Source: an uncultured Chloroflexia bacterium (GTDB taxonomy: Bacteria > Chloroflexota > Limnocylindria > Limnocylindrales > CSP1-4). From it: a stretch of DNA of 64,000 nt. This document shows positions 9,543-19,482 of the stretch, piece after piece (position 1 is the stretch's first letter; each line of letters opens with the position of its first letter). The DNA lies in the NCBI GenBank assembly GCA_963771795.1, contig CAVYUR010000006.1, positions 473,725 through 537,724 of the forward strand, in the 5' to 3' direction. The position numbers and the translations under genes are program-made. The notes beneath the pieces were generated by a model that made no database searches, was not told the origin of the DNA, and saw only the letters and a list, made by a program, of their open reading frames with translations.

Positions 9543-9941
9543 CTATCTGCGACTGGGTCGTGCCTCAGTCTGAATCGCTTCGCGATTCGAGATCCGGCAG
9601 CCCCAATGCTCGACTGCTCGCCCGGCGGCGATGCGGATGATGTCTATCGTTTCCCTGTCGACCACGACGCCAGACGGCAAAGTGCCCTGCCAGCGGATGC
9701 GGGCGGCTGCCCGCTCCCTGTCCGAGATGACATCTACAGCCCACACATTCAGTGACATGTATGCGCTGCGTGCGGCGCGAACTACATCACAGAAGCCCGT
9801 AGCCCCTCGAATCTCAACTCCGTCAAGGCCCTGGTGATCGCGGTAGTCGTCGGCGACGGTCTCACTAGCCCCCGCAAGGTCGCCGGTCGCGAACATCTCG
9901 ATCATCCGAACCAGCACTGACGCGCTCGCACTTGCCGTCAT
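9543..9941 (-). CDS. SnoaL-like / NTF2-like ester-cyclase family protein
   Basis: 132 aa. Pattern ADDYRDHQG...[16 protein letters not shown]...[11 protein letters not shown]...AVEHWG is typical of SnoaL-like polyketide cyclase (NTF2 fold) proteins. Confidence 0.6.
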   Translation of the reverse strand: MTASASASVLVRMIEMFATGDLAGASETVADDYRDHQGLDGVEIRGATGFCDVVRAARSAYMSLNVWAVDVISDRERAAARIRWQGTLPSGVVVDRETIDIIRIAAGRAVEHWGCRISNREAIQTEARPSRR

Positions 9942-9987
9942 GGCTCCAGCGTATCAACCCCCGGTCGCGCCAGCTCGACAGCCGCGC

Positions 9988-10435
9988 CTACCGATCCGCG
10001 GTGTCGAGCCAGATCGTGAACGGGCCGTCGTTCGTGAGCTCGACGGCCATCACCGCTCCGAAGCGGCCCGTCGCGACCTCGACGCCGAGCTCGCCGAGCG
10101 TGGCCCCGAACCGGATGTAGAGACGCTCCGCGAGCTCCGGGGCCGCGGCGCCGGTGAAACCGGGCCGACGTCCGCGGCGAGTGTCCGCGAACAGCGTGAA
10201 CTGGCTGACCGCGAGGACCGCGCCGCCGACATCCATGAGCGACAGGTTCGTCCGGCCCTCGGCGTCGTCGAAGATCCGTAGCTCCGTGACGCGCCGCGCG
10301 AGCGACATCGGCAGTCGCCTCGTCGTCATCCGGCCCGACCCCGAGGAGCACGACGAGCCCGGAACCGATCTCGCCGACAACCTCGTCGCCAACGCGCACG
10401 CGGGCGCCGGTCGTCCGTTGGAGGAGGGCTCGCAC
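9988..10435 (-). pseudogene. dtd: D-aminoacyl-tRNA deacylase, reading frame disrupted by a 1-nt frameshift near 10300
   Basis: N-terminal part ([46 protein letters not shown] start at 10435) is in one frame. C-terminal part ([43 protein letters not shown]...[10 protein letters not shown]) is in the +1 frame. Both halves match Dtd. Confidence 0.75.
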
Positions 10436-10442
10436 ATATCGA

Positions 10443-11438
10443 TCAGAGCTTCGGCGGGTCGGTCCAGCCGTGCTCCCGGGCGTACTCCTCACGCCACGCC
10501 TCGGCCTCAGCTGCGTACCTCGCCTTGGCCTGCGCGTGCCGCTCGGCGGTCAGCTTCTCGACGGTCGCCGGGACCATGAGGTCGAAGTCGCGGACCCCGT
10601 CCGGGTTGAACTGCCCGGCGCCGCGGAGCGGAATGACCGGGATCCCGCCCTTCTCGATCTCCGCCATGAACTTCCAGGCTAAGTGCTTCGGCAGCTGGGT
10701 GAAGGTGACCATCTTGTCGCGAGGGATGGGCGGCTTGCCGTCGTTCAGTCGGTACTGGTATCCCTCGTCGGCGAGCGCCTTGACGAGGCGGATCTCGCGG
10801 CCCATGTCGCGGCCCTTGATCCACAGGACCGAGCCGACCACGAGCACATCGACGCCAAGCCCCCCGACAAACTCGGCCGTCTCGCGGTTGACGCCACCGT
10901 CGACGTGGACCTCGGCGCCGTGCGCCTTGTGCGAGAGGTACTCGCGCGCGGCGAGGAGCTTCTCCTGGGCGACGTCGCGCATGAACGACTGGCCACCGAA
11001 GCCGGGCTCGACGGTCATCACGAGGACGATGTCGAGCAGCTTCCGATAGGGCTCCAGGGCGGAGAGCGGCGTCTTCGGCTTGACGGCGAGTCCGGCTGCG
11101 CGCCCCGCGGCGTGGATCTTGCGCAGCGTCGGCTCGATCTGGGAGGCCTCGACCTCGACGTGGAACGCCACCGAGTCGCTGCCGGCGTCGAGGAACTCGT
11201 CGATGTACGTGAGCGGGTCGCTGATCATCAGGTGGACGTCGAGCGGCAGCTCCGTTCGCTTCCGGATGCCGGCAACCATCTTCGGGCCGAACGTCAGGTT
11301 CGGGACGAAGTGGCCGTCCATGACGTCGATGTGGATCCGATCGGCACCTTCGCTCTGGGCCCGGCGCACCCCGTAGGCCATGTTCGAGTGGTCGGCGTCG
11401 AGGATGCTGACCGCGATCCGTGCCCGGCCGGTGCCCAC
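10443..11438 (-). CDS. rpe: ribulose-phosphate 3-epimerase with about 105-aa C-terminal extension of unknown function
   Basis: GTG start at 11438 with GGGGGAG Shine-Dalgarno. Residues 1-225 are canonical Rpe ([14 protein letters not shown]...[16 protein letters not shown]...[11 protein letters not shown]...VDGGVN...VLVVGSV). The same ORF continues in frame for about 105 more aa ([54 protein letters not shown]...[10 protein letters not shown]). The 416-aa track ORF over-extends the N-terminus. Confidence 0.85.
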   Translation of the reverse strand: MGTGRARIAVSILDADHSNMAYGVRRAQSEGADRIHIDVMDGHFVPNLTFGPKMVAGIRKRTELPLDVHLMISDPLTYIDEFLDAGSDSVAFHVEVEASQIEPTLRKIHAAGRAAGLAVKPKTPLSALEPYRKLLDIVLVMTVEPGFGGQSFMRDVAQEKLLAAREYLSHKAHGAEVHVDGGVNRETAEFVGGLGVDVLVVGSVLWIKGRDMGREIRLVKALADEGYQYRLNDGKPPIPRDKMVTFTQLPKHLAWKFMAEIEKGGIPVIPLRGAGQFNPDGVRDFDLMVPATVEKLTAERHAQAKARYAAEAEAWREEYAREHGWTDPPKL

Positions 11439-11440
11439 TT

Positions 11441-12660
11441 CTACTCCCCCGCCCCGACCGGTGACGGGTCGTGGCTCCGCTCGCCCCGCAGCGCCGCCGC
11501 GCTCTCGCCAACGAGCCGCTCGCGGCGCCTGGCAACGGCAGCGGCCGGTGGCTCGCCGGCGCGTTCGGCGGCGAGCTGACCGCATGCCGCCCCGATCTCC
11601 GCGCCGCGATTGCGCCGGATCGTCGTGGCAATCCCGGAATCGAGAAGCGTCGCCGCGAACCGTTCGATCACCTCGATCGGGCTCGCGACCCACGGCGTGT
11701 GGGCGACCGGGTTCATCGGGATCAGGTTCACGTGGGCATGGTCGCCGCGCAGGAGATCCGCCATTGCCCGGGCGTCGGCGTCGGTGTCGTTGACGCCCGA
11801 GATCATCGTCACCTCGTAGCTCACGCGGCGCCCGGTCGCGGTTGCATGGTCGCGCGCGGCGGCGACCACCTCGGCGATCGGCCAGCGACGATTAAGCGGC
11901 ACGAGGACGTCGCGCAGCGCGTCACGCGCGGCGTGAAGCGAGACCGCCAGCGTGAACTGCGGCCCGAGCGCAGTGAGCCGCCGGATGCCCGGCACGACGC
12001 CGGAGGTGGAGACCGTGATGTGGCGCGCCCCGAGGCCGAAGCGCCGCGGATCGTTCAGCGCGTCGACGGACTCGAGGACCCGGTCGAGGTTCAGCAGCGG
12101 CTCGCCCATGCCCATGAACACGACGTTGGTCAGGCGCTTTCCGGTCGGCGCCGAGCCGGCGGGCAGCATGGCGGACCTGGTCGACGATCTCGGCGGTTTC
12201 GAGATCACGCGTGAAGCCGAGCTCACCCGTCGCACAGAACGGGCAGCCGACCGCGCAGCCCGCCTGGCTCGAGATGCACAGCGTGTGCCGCTCGCGCTGG
12301 GTCCCGCGCGCCGGATAGTGCATCAGGACCGACTCGACCAGGGCAGCATCCGATCAGGCGATGGAGGGCCTTCTCTGTCAGGCCGCCGTCGGCCAGGCGA
12401 ATCTCCGTGTCGCCGACCGTGTCGAATCGGAAGGTCGTGTCCAGTTCGTCGCGGAGTGCCGCCGGGATCGTCCTGATCTGGCCGACCGACGTGGCCTGGC
12501 GGCCCCAGACGGCGTCGGCGACCTGGCGGGCACGATAGGCCGGCTCGCCGCGTTCGACGAACCAGGCCTCGAGGATCTCGGAATCGAGCCCCGAGAGGCC
12601 CGGCCGCGGGTCGCGCGTCGCTGGCAGTTGATCGATGACGGGAATTGGAGCTTGAGTCAC
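11441..12660 (-). pseudogene. rlmN: 23S rRNA (adenine2503-C2)-methyltransferase RlmN, split over three frames by two frameshifts
   Basis: N-terminal part is in frame of ORF 12223..12660. Radical-SAM [18 protein letters not shown] motif is in frame of ORF 11922..12323. C-terminal part ([14 protein letters not shown]...[13 protein letters not shown]...NLIPMNP) is in frame of ORF 11441..12235. Frame switches at about 12330 and about 12150. Confidence 0.8.
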
Positions 12661-12674
12661 GGCGCAAGTCTAGG

Positions 12675-13616
12675 TTACGGTCGGCGAAGTTCCGGGCGAC
12701 CGCGCGCATAGCTCACGCCGCTCATCGGTCGCTTGCCGGCGGGCTGGACCTCATCGAGGACGAGCCATCCGTCGGCCGTCGCGAGACGAAGGTCCTCGCC
12801 GGCCGCGAGTTGCCCCGGTGATCCGGCCGCGCCCGGTGCGACCGTGGCCCGGAGCACGATCAGCCTGCCGTTCGGCGTGTCGAGGAACGATCCCGGCCAT
12901 GGCTGGTAGGCCCGGACCTGGCGCTCGAGGATCGCGGCCGGGCGGACCGGGTCCAGCCGGCCGTCTTCTCGCGTGAGCGGCCTCGTCTGCGTCGCACCCT
13001 CGTCGGGTTGGGGGACCGCATCGAGCTCGCCGCGGATCCAGGGCCCCAGCGTTCCTGCTAGAAGGCTCGCCGCGTCGCGCGACAGGCGCTCCTCCAGGTC
13101 CGGCGCCGTCTCGTTGCCGGATAGCCCGATGCGTCTCTGGGCCACGATCGGGCCGGTGTCGAGACCCGCATCCATCCTCATCAACGTGACACCGGTTTCG
13201 GGGTCGCCCGCCAGGATCGTGGCCGGAATCGGCGATGCCCCCCGGTGGCGAGGCAGAAGCGAGGGGTGAAGATTTAGCGCGCCGAGCGGCAGGTCGAGCA
13301 GCTCCGCCGGCACGAGCCGACCGTAATCCGCGAGGACGATCAGCGCCGGCTCGAGGGCAAGGATTGCCGCGATCGCCTCGGGGCTGCGCAACCGCTCGGG
13401 GGTCAGGACGGCGTCAACGCCGAGCTTGCGTGCGAGCGCAGCGATCGGGGTGGCCGCCACCGTGCCGCCGCGGCCCGCCGGTCGATCCGGCGCGGTAACG
13501 ACACCGACAAGATCGCCGTCCGGGGCCTCGTCCAGGCGTCGCAGGATCTCGACGCCGAACCCGCCGCTGCCGAGGAAGATCGTCCTTGGCCGTCCGCTCC
13601 CGGGCGCGTCGGTCAC
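12675..13616 (-). CDS. fmt: methionyl-tRNA formyltransferase
   Basis: 313 aa with formyltransferase N-terminal domain (IFLGSGGFGVEILRRL...NLHPSLLPRHRGASPI) and C-terminal domain. def-fmt operon with 4-nt overlap. Confidence 0.9.
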   Translation of the reverse strand: MTDAPGSGRPRTIFLGSGGFGVEILRRLDEAPDGDLVGVVTAPDRPAGRGGTVAATPIAALARKLGVDAVLTPERLRSPEAIAAILALEPALIVLADYGRLVPAELLDLPLGALNLHPSLLPRHRGASPIPATILAGDPETGVTLMRMDAGLDTGPIVAQRRIGLSGNETAPDLEERLSRDAASLLAGTLGPWIRGELDAVPQPDEGATQTRPLTREDGRLDPVRPAAILERQVRAYQPWPGSFLDTPNGRLIVLRATVAPGAAGSPGQLAAGEDLRLATADGWLVLDEVQPAGKRPMSGVSYARGRPELRRP

Positions 13617-14122
13617 GCGAGGGACTTCGCGGCCTCCTCGGATTCCTCTTCGTCGCCCTGACCGACGGGGATGAGCTCGTCCATCGAGTCGAGGTAGTCG
13701 ATGAAGAGCTTGCCGTCGAGATGGTCCAGCTCGTGCTGGAGCGCGCGACCAAGCAGCCCGGAACCCGACACCTTGATCTTCTTGCCGAGCCGGTTCTGGG
13801 CGACGACCCAGACCTTCTCGCGGCGAGTTACATAGGCGTAGTAGCCGGGCAGGGAGAGGCAGCCCTCGAGGTCGCGGTCATCGCCGGCAGCCCGGACTAT
13901 CCGCGGGTTGACGAGTTCGTGCAGCTCCCCGCCGACCTCGATGACGCAGGTCTGGAGGGCCTCGCCGACCTGCGGGGCGGCAAGCCCGACACCCGGCGCC
14001 TTGCGCATGGTCTCGGTCATGTCGTCGAGCAGCTCGTGCAGGTACTTCCCGAAACTGTCGACCGGCAGGCCCTTGAGCCTGAGGCGCGGATCGCCGAGAA
14101 GGATGATCGGTCTGACGCTCAT
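13613..14122 (-). CDS. def: peptide deformylase
   Basis: 169 aa with GVGLAAPQVG, EGCLSLPG and HELDHLDG motifs. Confidence 0.9.
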   Translation of the reverse strand: MSVRPIILLGDPRLRLKGLPVDSFGKYLHELLDDMTETMRKAPGVGLAAPQVGEALQTCVIEVGGELHELVNPRIVRAAGDDRDLEGCLSLPGYYAYVTRREKVWVVAQNRLGKKIKVSGSGLLGRALQHELDHLDGKLFIDYLDSMDELIPVGQGDEEESEEAAKSLA

Positions 14123-14151
14123 CGGCGGAGTATATCGAGCGGGGGTCGCGC

Positions 14152-14667
14152 TCAGCGGGGGTCCGCGCCCGGGTCGTCGTTGGCCGACGGGTCGGCTTCT
14201 TCGAGGACGGTCGCGACCGCCGTCGACGCATCGGAGTCGGCGGCCTCGGTCCGAAGGTCCTCGGAGATCCCGTCGTCGGTCGAGCTGCCGTTCGTGGCGC
14301 CGGACACGTCGCGGCGGAGGTCGGCGGCAATGACACGGGAGCGCTCGGCGATCTTGACGCTCGCGTCGGCCGTCGCATCGGCGGCCTTGTGAGCGATCGG
14401 ACCGGCACGGTCCGCGGCGGCGGCGGCCAGTTCGGCGGCCTTGATGCCGACCTGGCGGACCACCGGGCCTGCCTGGGTCGCGATCGTGTCGATCATCGAC
14501 TGGAGCTGCGCGACCATCCGCTCGGCCGTCGTGCCGGTACCGGTCTGGCCGGTCGTCGTCTCGTCGGCCGTCCAGCCGAACGTCTCATCGGCGCCCGGCG
14601 CCTCGCTCGTCGGGTTGGCCGAGTCGTCGGCCGGCGTTCCGCTGGCGGGGTTCTGCTGGTCGTCCAT
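14152..14667 (-). CDS. hypothetical acidic, Ala-rich low-complexity protein
   Basis: ORF between priA and def with coding-like GC3. Asp/Thr/Ala-rich disordered N- and C-terminal segments flank an Ala-rich helical core. No family recognised. Start taken as MDDQQNP. Confidence 0.4.
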   Translation of the reverse strand: MDDQQNPASGTPADDSANPTSEAPGADETFGWTADETTTGQTGTGTTAERMVAQLQSMIDTIATQAGPVVRQVGIKAAELAAAAADRAGPIAHKAADATADASVKIAERSRVIAADLRRDVSGATNGSSTDDGISEDLRTEAADSDASTAVATVLEEADPSANDDPGADPR

Positions 14668-14743
14668 GGCGCGTCTCCAATTCGGGGTCATCCATTCTCG
14701 CCCGGATCGTTACGAACGCGCAGCCTTCGCGACGGCGTTGGCG

Positions 14744-17229
14744 TTACAGGAGCGACTCCGGATCGACGTCGACCGACCACGGCGCGTCCGACGCCGCCGT
14801 CGAGCAGCGCGACGGGGTCCTCGCCGCGCAGGACGACGTTCCAGCGCCAGCGCTCGGCTCGCCGGGCGATGTAGGCCGGGCGCCGGGCCGACGACCGCAA
14901 CCGCTACGCCGCGTTCCGACGCCTTCGCCCTCAGCCGCTCGGCCATGGCCGTCGCCTCGCGTTTCGGCCGCCGTCCGATCGGCGACGCCGACGGTCAGCT
15001 TGACCAGCCGGCCGATACGGCGGGGATCCGAATCGCTCGGCGGAGCTCGAGCTCCGCGTCGTAGAAGGCCGCCGCGTCGTCCTCGGCGACGGCCCGGATC
15101 GCGGGGTGGTCGGGCTGGTAGGACTGGATGATCGCCCGGCCCGGCCGGTCGCCGCGTCCTGCCCGGCCGGCCGCCTGGGCCAGGAGCTGGTATGTCCGCT
15201 CCGCGGCTCGCTCGTCGGGCAGGTTGAGCGCGACGTCGGCCGAGACGACGCCGACGAGCGTCACGTTCGGGACGTCGATCCCCTTCGCGACGAGGCTCGT
15301 CCCAACGAGCACGTCGATCCCGTCGATGCTCGAACGCGTCGAGGACCCGCTCGGCGGCACCGCGTCGCTCCACGACGTCCCGGTCGAGCCGGCCCGACGC
15401 GGTACGCCGGGAAACGTTCCCGGACCTCGCGCTCGACCCGCTCGGTCCCGCCGCCGAGGTAGCGGATCCGCGGCGACCCGCAGTGCCGGGCAGCGGGTTG
15501 CGACCGGGGTTGCGCGCCCGCAATGGTGGCAGCGCAAGCGTCGTGCCGGCCTGGTGGTAGACGAGCGGCCGCTCGCACTCCGGACAGGCCTGGACGTGAC
15601 CGCAATCCCGGCACAGGACGACGGACGCCGTACCGCGACGGTTGATCACGAGGATCGCCTGGTCGCCGGCCGCGACGTCGAGCGACGCCGAGCTCATCGA
15701 CGAGCCGCGCGGAGAGCAGCCCGCGGTTGCCCTCGCGAAGCTCCGCCCGGAGGTCGACGACCTCGATCTGGGGCCGGCCGCCGGTGGGCCGCGTCGGAAG
15801 GACGACGCGCCGGTACGTCCCGGCCCGTGCCCGCCCGACGCTGTCGACGGCCGGGGTCGCGCTGCCGAGGATCGCCGAGGCGCCGGCCAGCTCTGCGAGC
15901 CGGATCGCCGCGTCCCGCGCCTGGAGGCGCGGCGTTCGGTCGCTCTTGTAGGTCCCCTCGTGCTCCTCGTCGACGATGACGAGGCCGACGTCGGCGAGTG
16001 GCGCCAGCACCGCCAGCCGTGTCCCGACGACGATGTCGACGTCACCCGCCCGGATCCGCCGCCATTCGTCGGCGCGCTCGCCCTCGCCGAGGCCCGAGTG
16101 GAGCACGCGCGACCCGTGCCTCGAGATCCGCCCGGAGCCGATCGACGAGCGGCATCGCCAGGGCGATCTCCGGCACGAGCACGAGTGCCGGTCGACCGAG
16201 CTCGAGCGAGGATGCGATCGCCTCGACGTAGATCGCGGTCTTGCCGCCGCCAGTGACGCCATCGAGGAGGAGCGGGGTCGGGTCGCGAGCGGCGATCGAG
16301 TCGTCGGCGAGGCGAGACCGCCTCGGCCTGGTCCTCGGTCAGGGCCGCGCCTGGCCGGCCGTCCGCCGCGCAGGCCGACCGGCCGGCTCGCGAGCGGCAG
16401 GCGCGGCCGCTCCCGGACGTCGACGTCGATCAGGCCACGCCGGGCGAGACCGGCGAGGGCTCCGTGGCCGTGGCGCTCGGACGGACCGGCGCCGGGGACC
16501 CCGCTCGTTTCGGCATCGGGCGACGCCGCGAGCTCGAGGAGCGCGGCCGCCTGGCGTGGCCCGAGCCGGCGACCGGGCGACTGCTCACCGCGCGCGAGCG
16601 TGGCCGCTGCCTCGCTGCCCGTCCGCCGTCATTCGGAGCCAGCGCTCGAATCGCGGCCCGGCGCCTGCCACCGACAGTGTCCAGTCGAGCGCCAGCATCG
16701 CCCTTCGATTCCAGGCCGCGAAGCCGCCGGATCAGGCCGGCTCGACCCTCGGGCGCGACGAGGTCGCGGACCGGCACGCGGGCCGCGGTCGAGCTGCTCG
16801 AGGAGGTCCCGGTCCGCCGCTGCCAGGTCGCTCGGAGCGCTCGCCCGGCTGTCGCTCGGCGACGAGGTCGAGCCGTTCGAGGAGGCCCGGCGGCAGCATC
16901 GCCCGGATGACGATCGCGGGCGGTGCGAGGTAGTGGTCCGCGATCCAGCGGGCAAGGGCAAGGGAGAGCTGCGGCAGGAGCGGCCCGTCCGTCCGGACCC
17001 GTGCGGCGATCGGCTTGAGTGCGATGCCTTCCGGCGGACTCGCCTCGCCGAGGACGACGGCCAGCGCCTGCCGTCGACCGAACTCGACGAGGATCGCCTC
17101 GCCCGGCACGAGATCGGCGAGGTTCGACGGGACCGTGTACGTGTAGGTCCGGGCACCGCCGCCTCCGGCCGCGTCGATGGCGACCTCGACGACGCGTTCC
17201 CCGGTCGCCGCCGCGGCGTCGGCTGCCAT
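14744..17229 (-). pseudogene. priA: primosomal protein N' (PriA), fragmented over at least 6 reading-frame changes
   Basis: N-terminal domain is in ORF 16732..17229. Walker [15 protein letters not shown] is found by revcomp of about 16200-16262 in a third frame. DEEH box and helicase core are in ORF 15261..16262. Zinc-binding CRDCGHVQACPECERPLVYH is in ORF 14744..16045. C-terminal helicase (VLVGTSLVAKGIDVPNVTLVGVV...QLLAQAAGRAGR) is in ORF 14995..15537. Position in the priA-def-fmt neighbourhood is conserved. Confidence 0.8.
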
Positions 17230-17288
17230 CAGGTCCTTCCTGCTCGACCGCCACGGGGTCGATTGTCGCAGGGCCGTCCGATCTGGGG

Positions 17289-17987
17289 TCAGACGCGGAC
17301 GCGGCGATCCGGGTCGCGGCGGTGTTCGTCCGCGATGATCTCGTCGATCCGCTCCGCGGTGCGCTCGACCTGGCCGGTCTCGTTGGTGACCACGTGGTCG
17401 TAGTCCTTGTCTCTGGCCAGCTCGATGGCGGCATTCGCCTGGCGAAGCTCCAGTTCGTCGGCGCTCTCGGTCGCGCGGTCCCGGAGGCGCTGGAACAGCT
17501 CTTCGAGCGACGGCGGGATCACGAAGATCAGGAGCGCCTCCGACACCTGGTCCTTGACGACCCGAGCGCCCTGGACGTCGATCTTCAGGATCACGTCGCG
17601 TCCGCCCTGCAGCGCCTGGCGTACCTGGTCGCGGGGCGAGCCGTACCAGTTGCCATGGACCTCGTTGGCCTCGAGGAATCCCCGCTCCGCGCGCATCTGC
17701 AGGAACTCGTCACGGGTCAGGAAGTTGTAGTCGACACCGTCCACCTCGCCGTCGCGCGGCAGGCGCGTCGTGCACGTCACGACGTAGTCGCGATTCCCAT
17801 TGCGGCCGGCCTCGCGCTCCCGGCGCCGGAGCGCATCGATGATCGTGTCCTTGCCCACCCCCGACGGGCCGGAAATGATCACGAGCATCGCCCCGGGCGC
17901 ACCCTCGACGACGTAGTCCGGCCGCCCGGGGTCCTCGGAGACGTCGAAGCCCAGCGGCTCGTCGCTCATCGGGACGTCGTCGGTCAT
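17289..17987 (-). CDS. gmk: guanylate kinase
   Basis: 232 aa with P-loop GPSGVGKDT and GMP-binding TTRLPRDGEVDGVDYNFL; acidic N-terminal extension. Confidence 0.85.
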   Translation of the reverse strand: MTDDVPMSDEPLGFDVSEDPGRPDYVVEGAPGAMLVIISGPSGVGKDTIIDALRRREREAGRNGNRDYVVTCTTRLPRDGEVDGVDYNFLTRDEFLQMRAERGFLEANEVHGNWYGSPRDQVRQALQGGRDVILKIDVQGARVVKDQVSEALLIFVIPPSLEELFQRLRDRATESADELELRQANAAIELARDKDYDHVVTNETGQVERTAERIDEIIADEHRRDPDRRVRV

Positions 17988-18982
17988 CGGGGCATCGCCG
18001 CCATCTCCCGCAGCCCGGCGACCACGCGCTCGAGCTCAGATGGGAGCGGCGCCTCCGCCCGGATCAGGGCGCCGCTGGATGGCGAGGTCAGCTCGAGCCG
18101 CCAGGCGTGGAGGAAGAGTCGGTGCAGGCCGCCCGCGATGTCGGGGCCTTTTCGCGACGTGCCCGTGCCGTAGACCGGATCGCCCGCGACCGGGTGGCCG
18201 ATCGCGTCGAGGTGGACGCGGATCTGATGTGTTCGCCCGGTGACGAGGTCGAGCTCGAGGAGCGTCCAGCCCGGGAATCGCTCGCGCACGCGGTAGCCGG
18301 TCGTCGACGCGCGGCCATCTGAAACGACCGCCATCCGCGTGCGGTGCTTCGGATCGCGACCTATGGGCGCCTCGATCCGGCCCACGCCCGCGGCCACCTC
18401 TCCCTGGACGAGCGCGAGGTACGTCTTCTTCACCCGACGCGCCTTGAGCTGGGCCATCAGCGAGTGCTGCGCCGCGTCGTGCTTCGCGACCATCAGCAGG
18501 CCGCTCGTGTCGCGGTCGAGGCGATGGACGATGCCTGGCCGCATGACCCCGGCGATACCGCCGAACTCCGACGCCCCGCCCCGCGCCAGCAGGGCGTTGA
18601 CGAGCGTGTCTCCGGAGTGGCCCGGCGAGGGATGGACGACGAGGCCGGCCGGCTTGTCGACGATGAGGAGGTCGTCGTCCTCGTAGACGACCCGAACCTC
18701 GATCTCCGGCGCCGGGGCGAGGTCGAGCGGCGCGGCCTCCGGTACGACGAGGCGGAGCGCGGTTCCGGGCCCGATCACGGCATTCGCCTTCAACGCAACG
18801 CCGTCGGACGTCAGGTGACCGGCCGAGATGAGCTTCTGGACATGGCTCCGCGACAGGCCCGTCACGTCGGCGAGGAAGCGGTCCACCCGTTGCGAACCCG
18901 CGTCGTCGGGGACGGTCAGGAGGCGGATGCCGGGGGCAGTCGCCGCGTGACCCATCGTCGCGAGGACGTCGAGGTCAGGCAT
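17984..18982 (-). CDS. rluD: RluA-family 23S rRNA pseudouridine synthase (RluD-like) with N-terminal S4 domain
   Basis: 332 aa. S4 RNA-binding domain (QRVDRFLADVTGLSRSHVQKLI) and catalytic HRLDRDTSGLLMVAK motif. Conserved lspA-rluD adjacency. Confidence 0.85.
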   Translation of the reverse strand: MPDLDVLATMGHAATAPGIRLLTVPDDAGSQRVDRFLADVTGLSRSHVQKLISAGHLTSDGVALKANAVIGPGTALRLVVPEAAPLDLAPAPEIEVRVVYEDDDLLIVDKPAGLVVHPSPGHSGDTLVNALLARGGASEFGGIAGVMRPGIVHRLDRDTSGLLMVAKHDAAQHSLMAQLKARRVKKTYLALVQGEVAAGVGRIEAPIGRDPKHRTRMAVVSDGRASTTGYRVRERFPGWTLLELDLVTGRTHQIRVHLDAIGHPVAGDPVYGTGTSRKGPDIAGGLHRLFLHAWRLELTSPSSGALIRAEAPLPSELERVVAGLREMAAMPR

Positions 18983-19482
18983 CGCCGTCCGGCACGATGG
19001 GCTGCGGCCGCTTCTCCACGAGCGACGGGCGAAGCGCCCCGGCGATCAGGAACAGGATCGCGAAGCTGATTGCCGAATCGGCCACGTTGAAGGTGTAGAA
19101 GCGGAGATCGCCGATGCCCGCGTCGACGAAGTCGACCACATAGCCCAGCCGCAACCGGTCGACTGAGGTTGCCGATCGCACCGCCGAGCAACAGGCCGAG
19201 GGCTACCGACATGAACGACGAGCGCCCGGACCTGGCGTGGTAGGCGACGATCAGGCCGATCACGACGAACGAAGCGAGCCCGAATAGCAGGGCGCTCTCG
19301 CGGAACAGCCCGAAAAGGGCACCGTTGTTGCGGCCGTACACGAGGCGAAGGTAGTCACCGACGACCGAGATGGATTCGCCGGGAGCGATCGCCGACACGA
19401 TCCACGCCTTGGTGAGCTGGTCGGCGACGACGATGACGGCGGCGAGGCCGAGGAAGACCGGCCAGATCGGTCGGCTCGTCAT
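18975..19482 (-). pseudogene. lspA: lipoprotein signal peptidase II, one frameshift near 19170-19181
   Basis: N-terminal 105 aa (MTSRPIWPVFLGLAAVIVVADQLTKAW...GGAIGN) in one frame. Conserved C-terminal VDRLRLGYVVDFVDAGIGDLRFYTFNVADSAISFAILFLIAG continues in ORF 18975..19181 in another frame. Confidence 0.8.

Noticed and set aside
10507-11631. 374-aa minus-strand ORF overlapping rpe in another frame
   Set aside because: Arg/Pro-rich nonsense. The Rpe frame (10443..11438) carries all conserved motifs.
15976-17403. 475-aa plus-strand ORF and several 200-330-aa ORFs on both strands at 14.7-17.4 kb
   Set aside because: Arg/Pro/Ser-rich translations. The region is explained by the fragmented priA on the minus strand.
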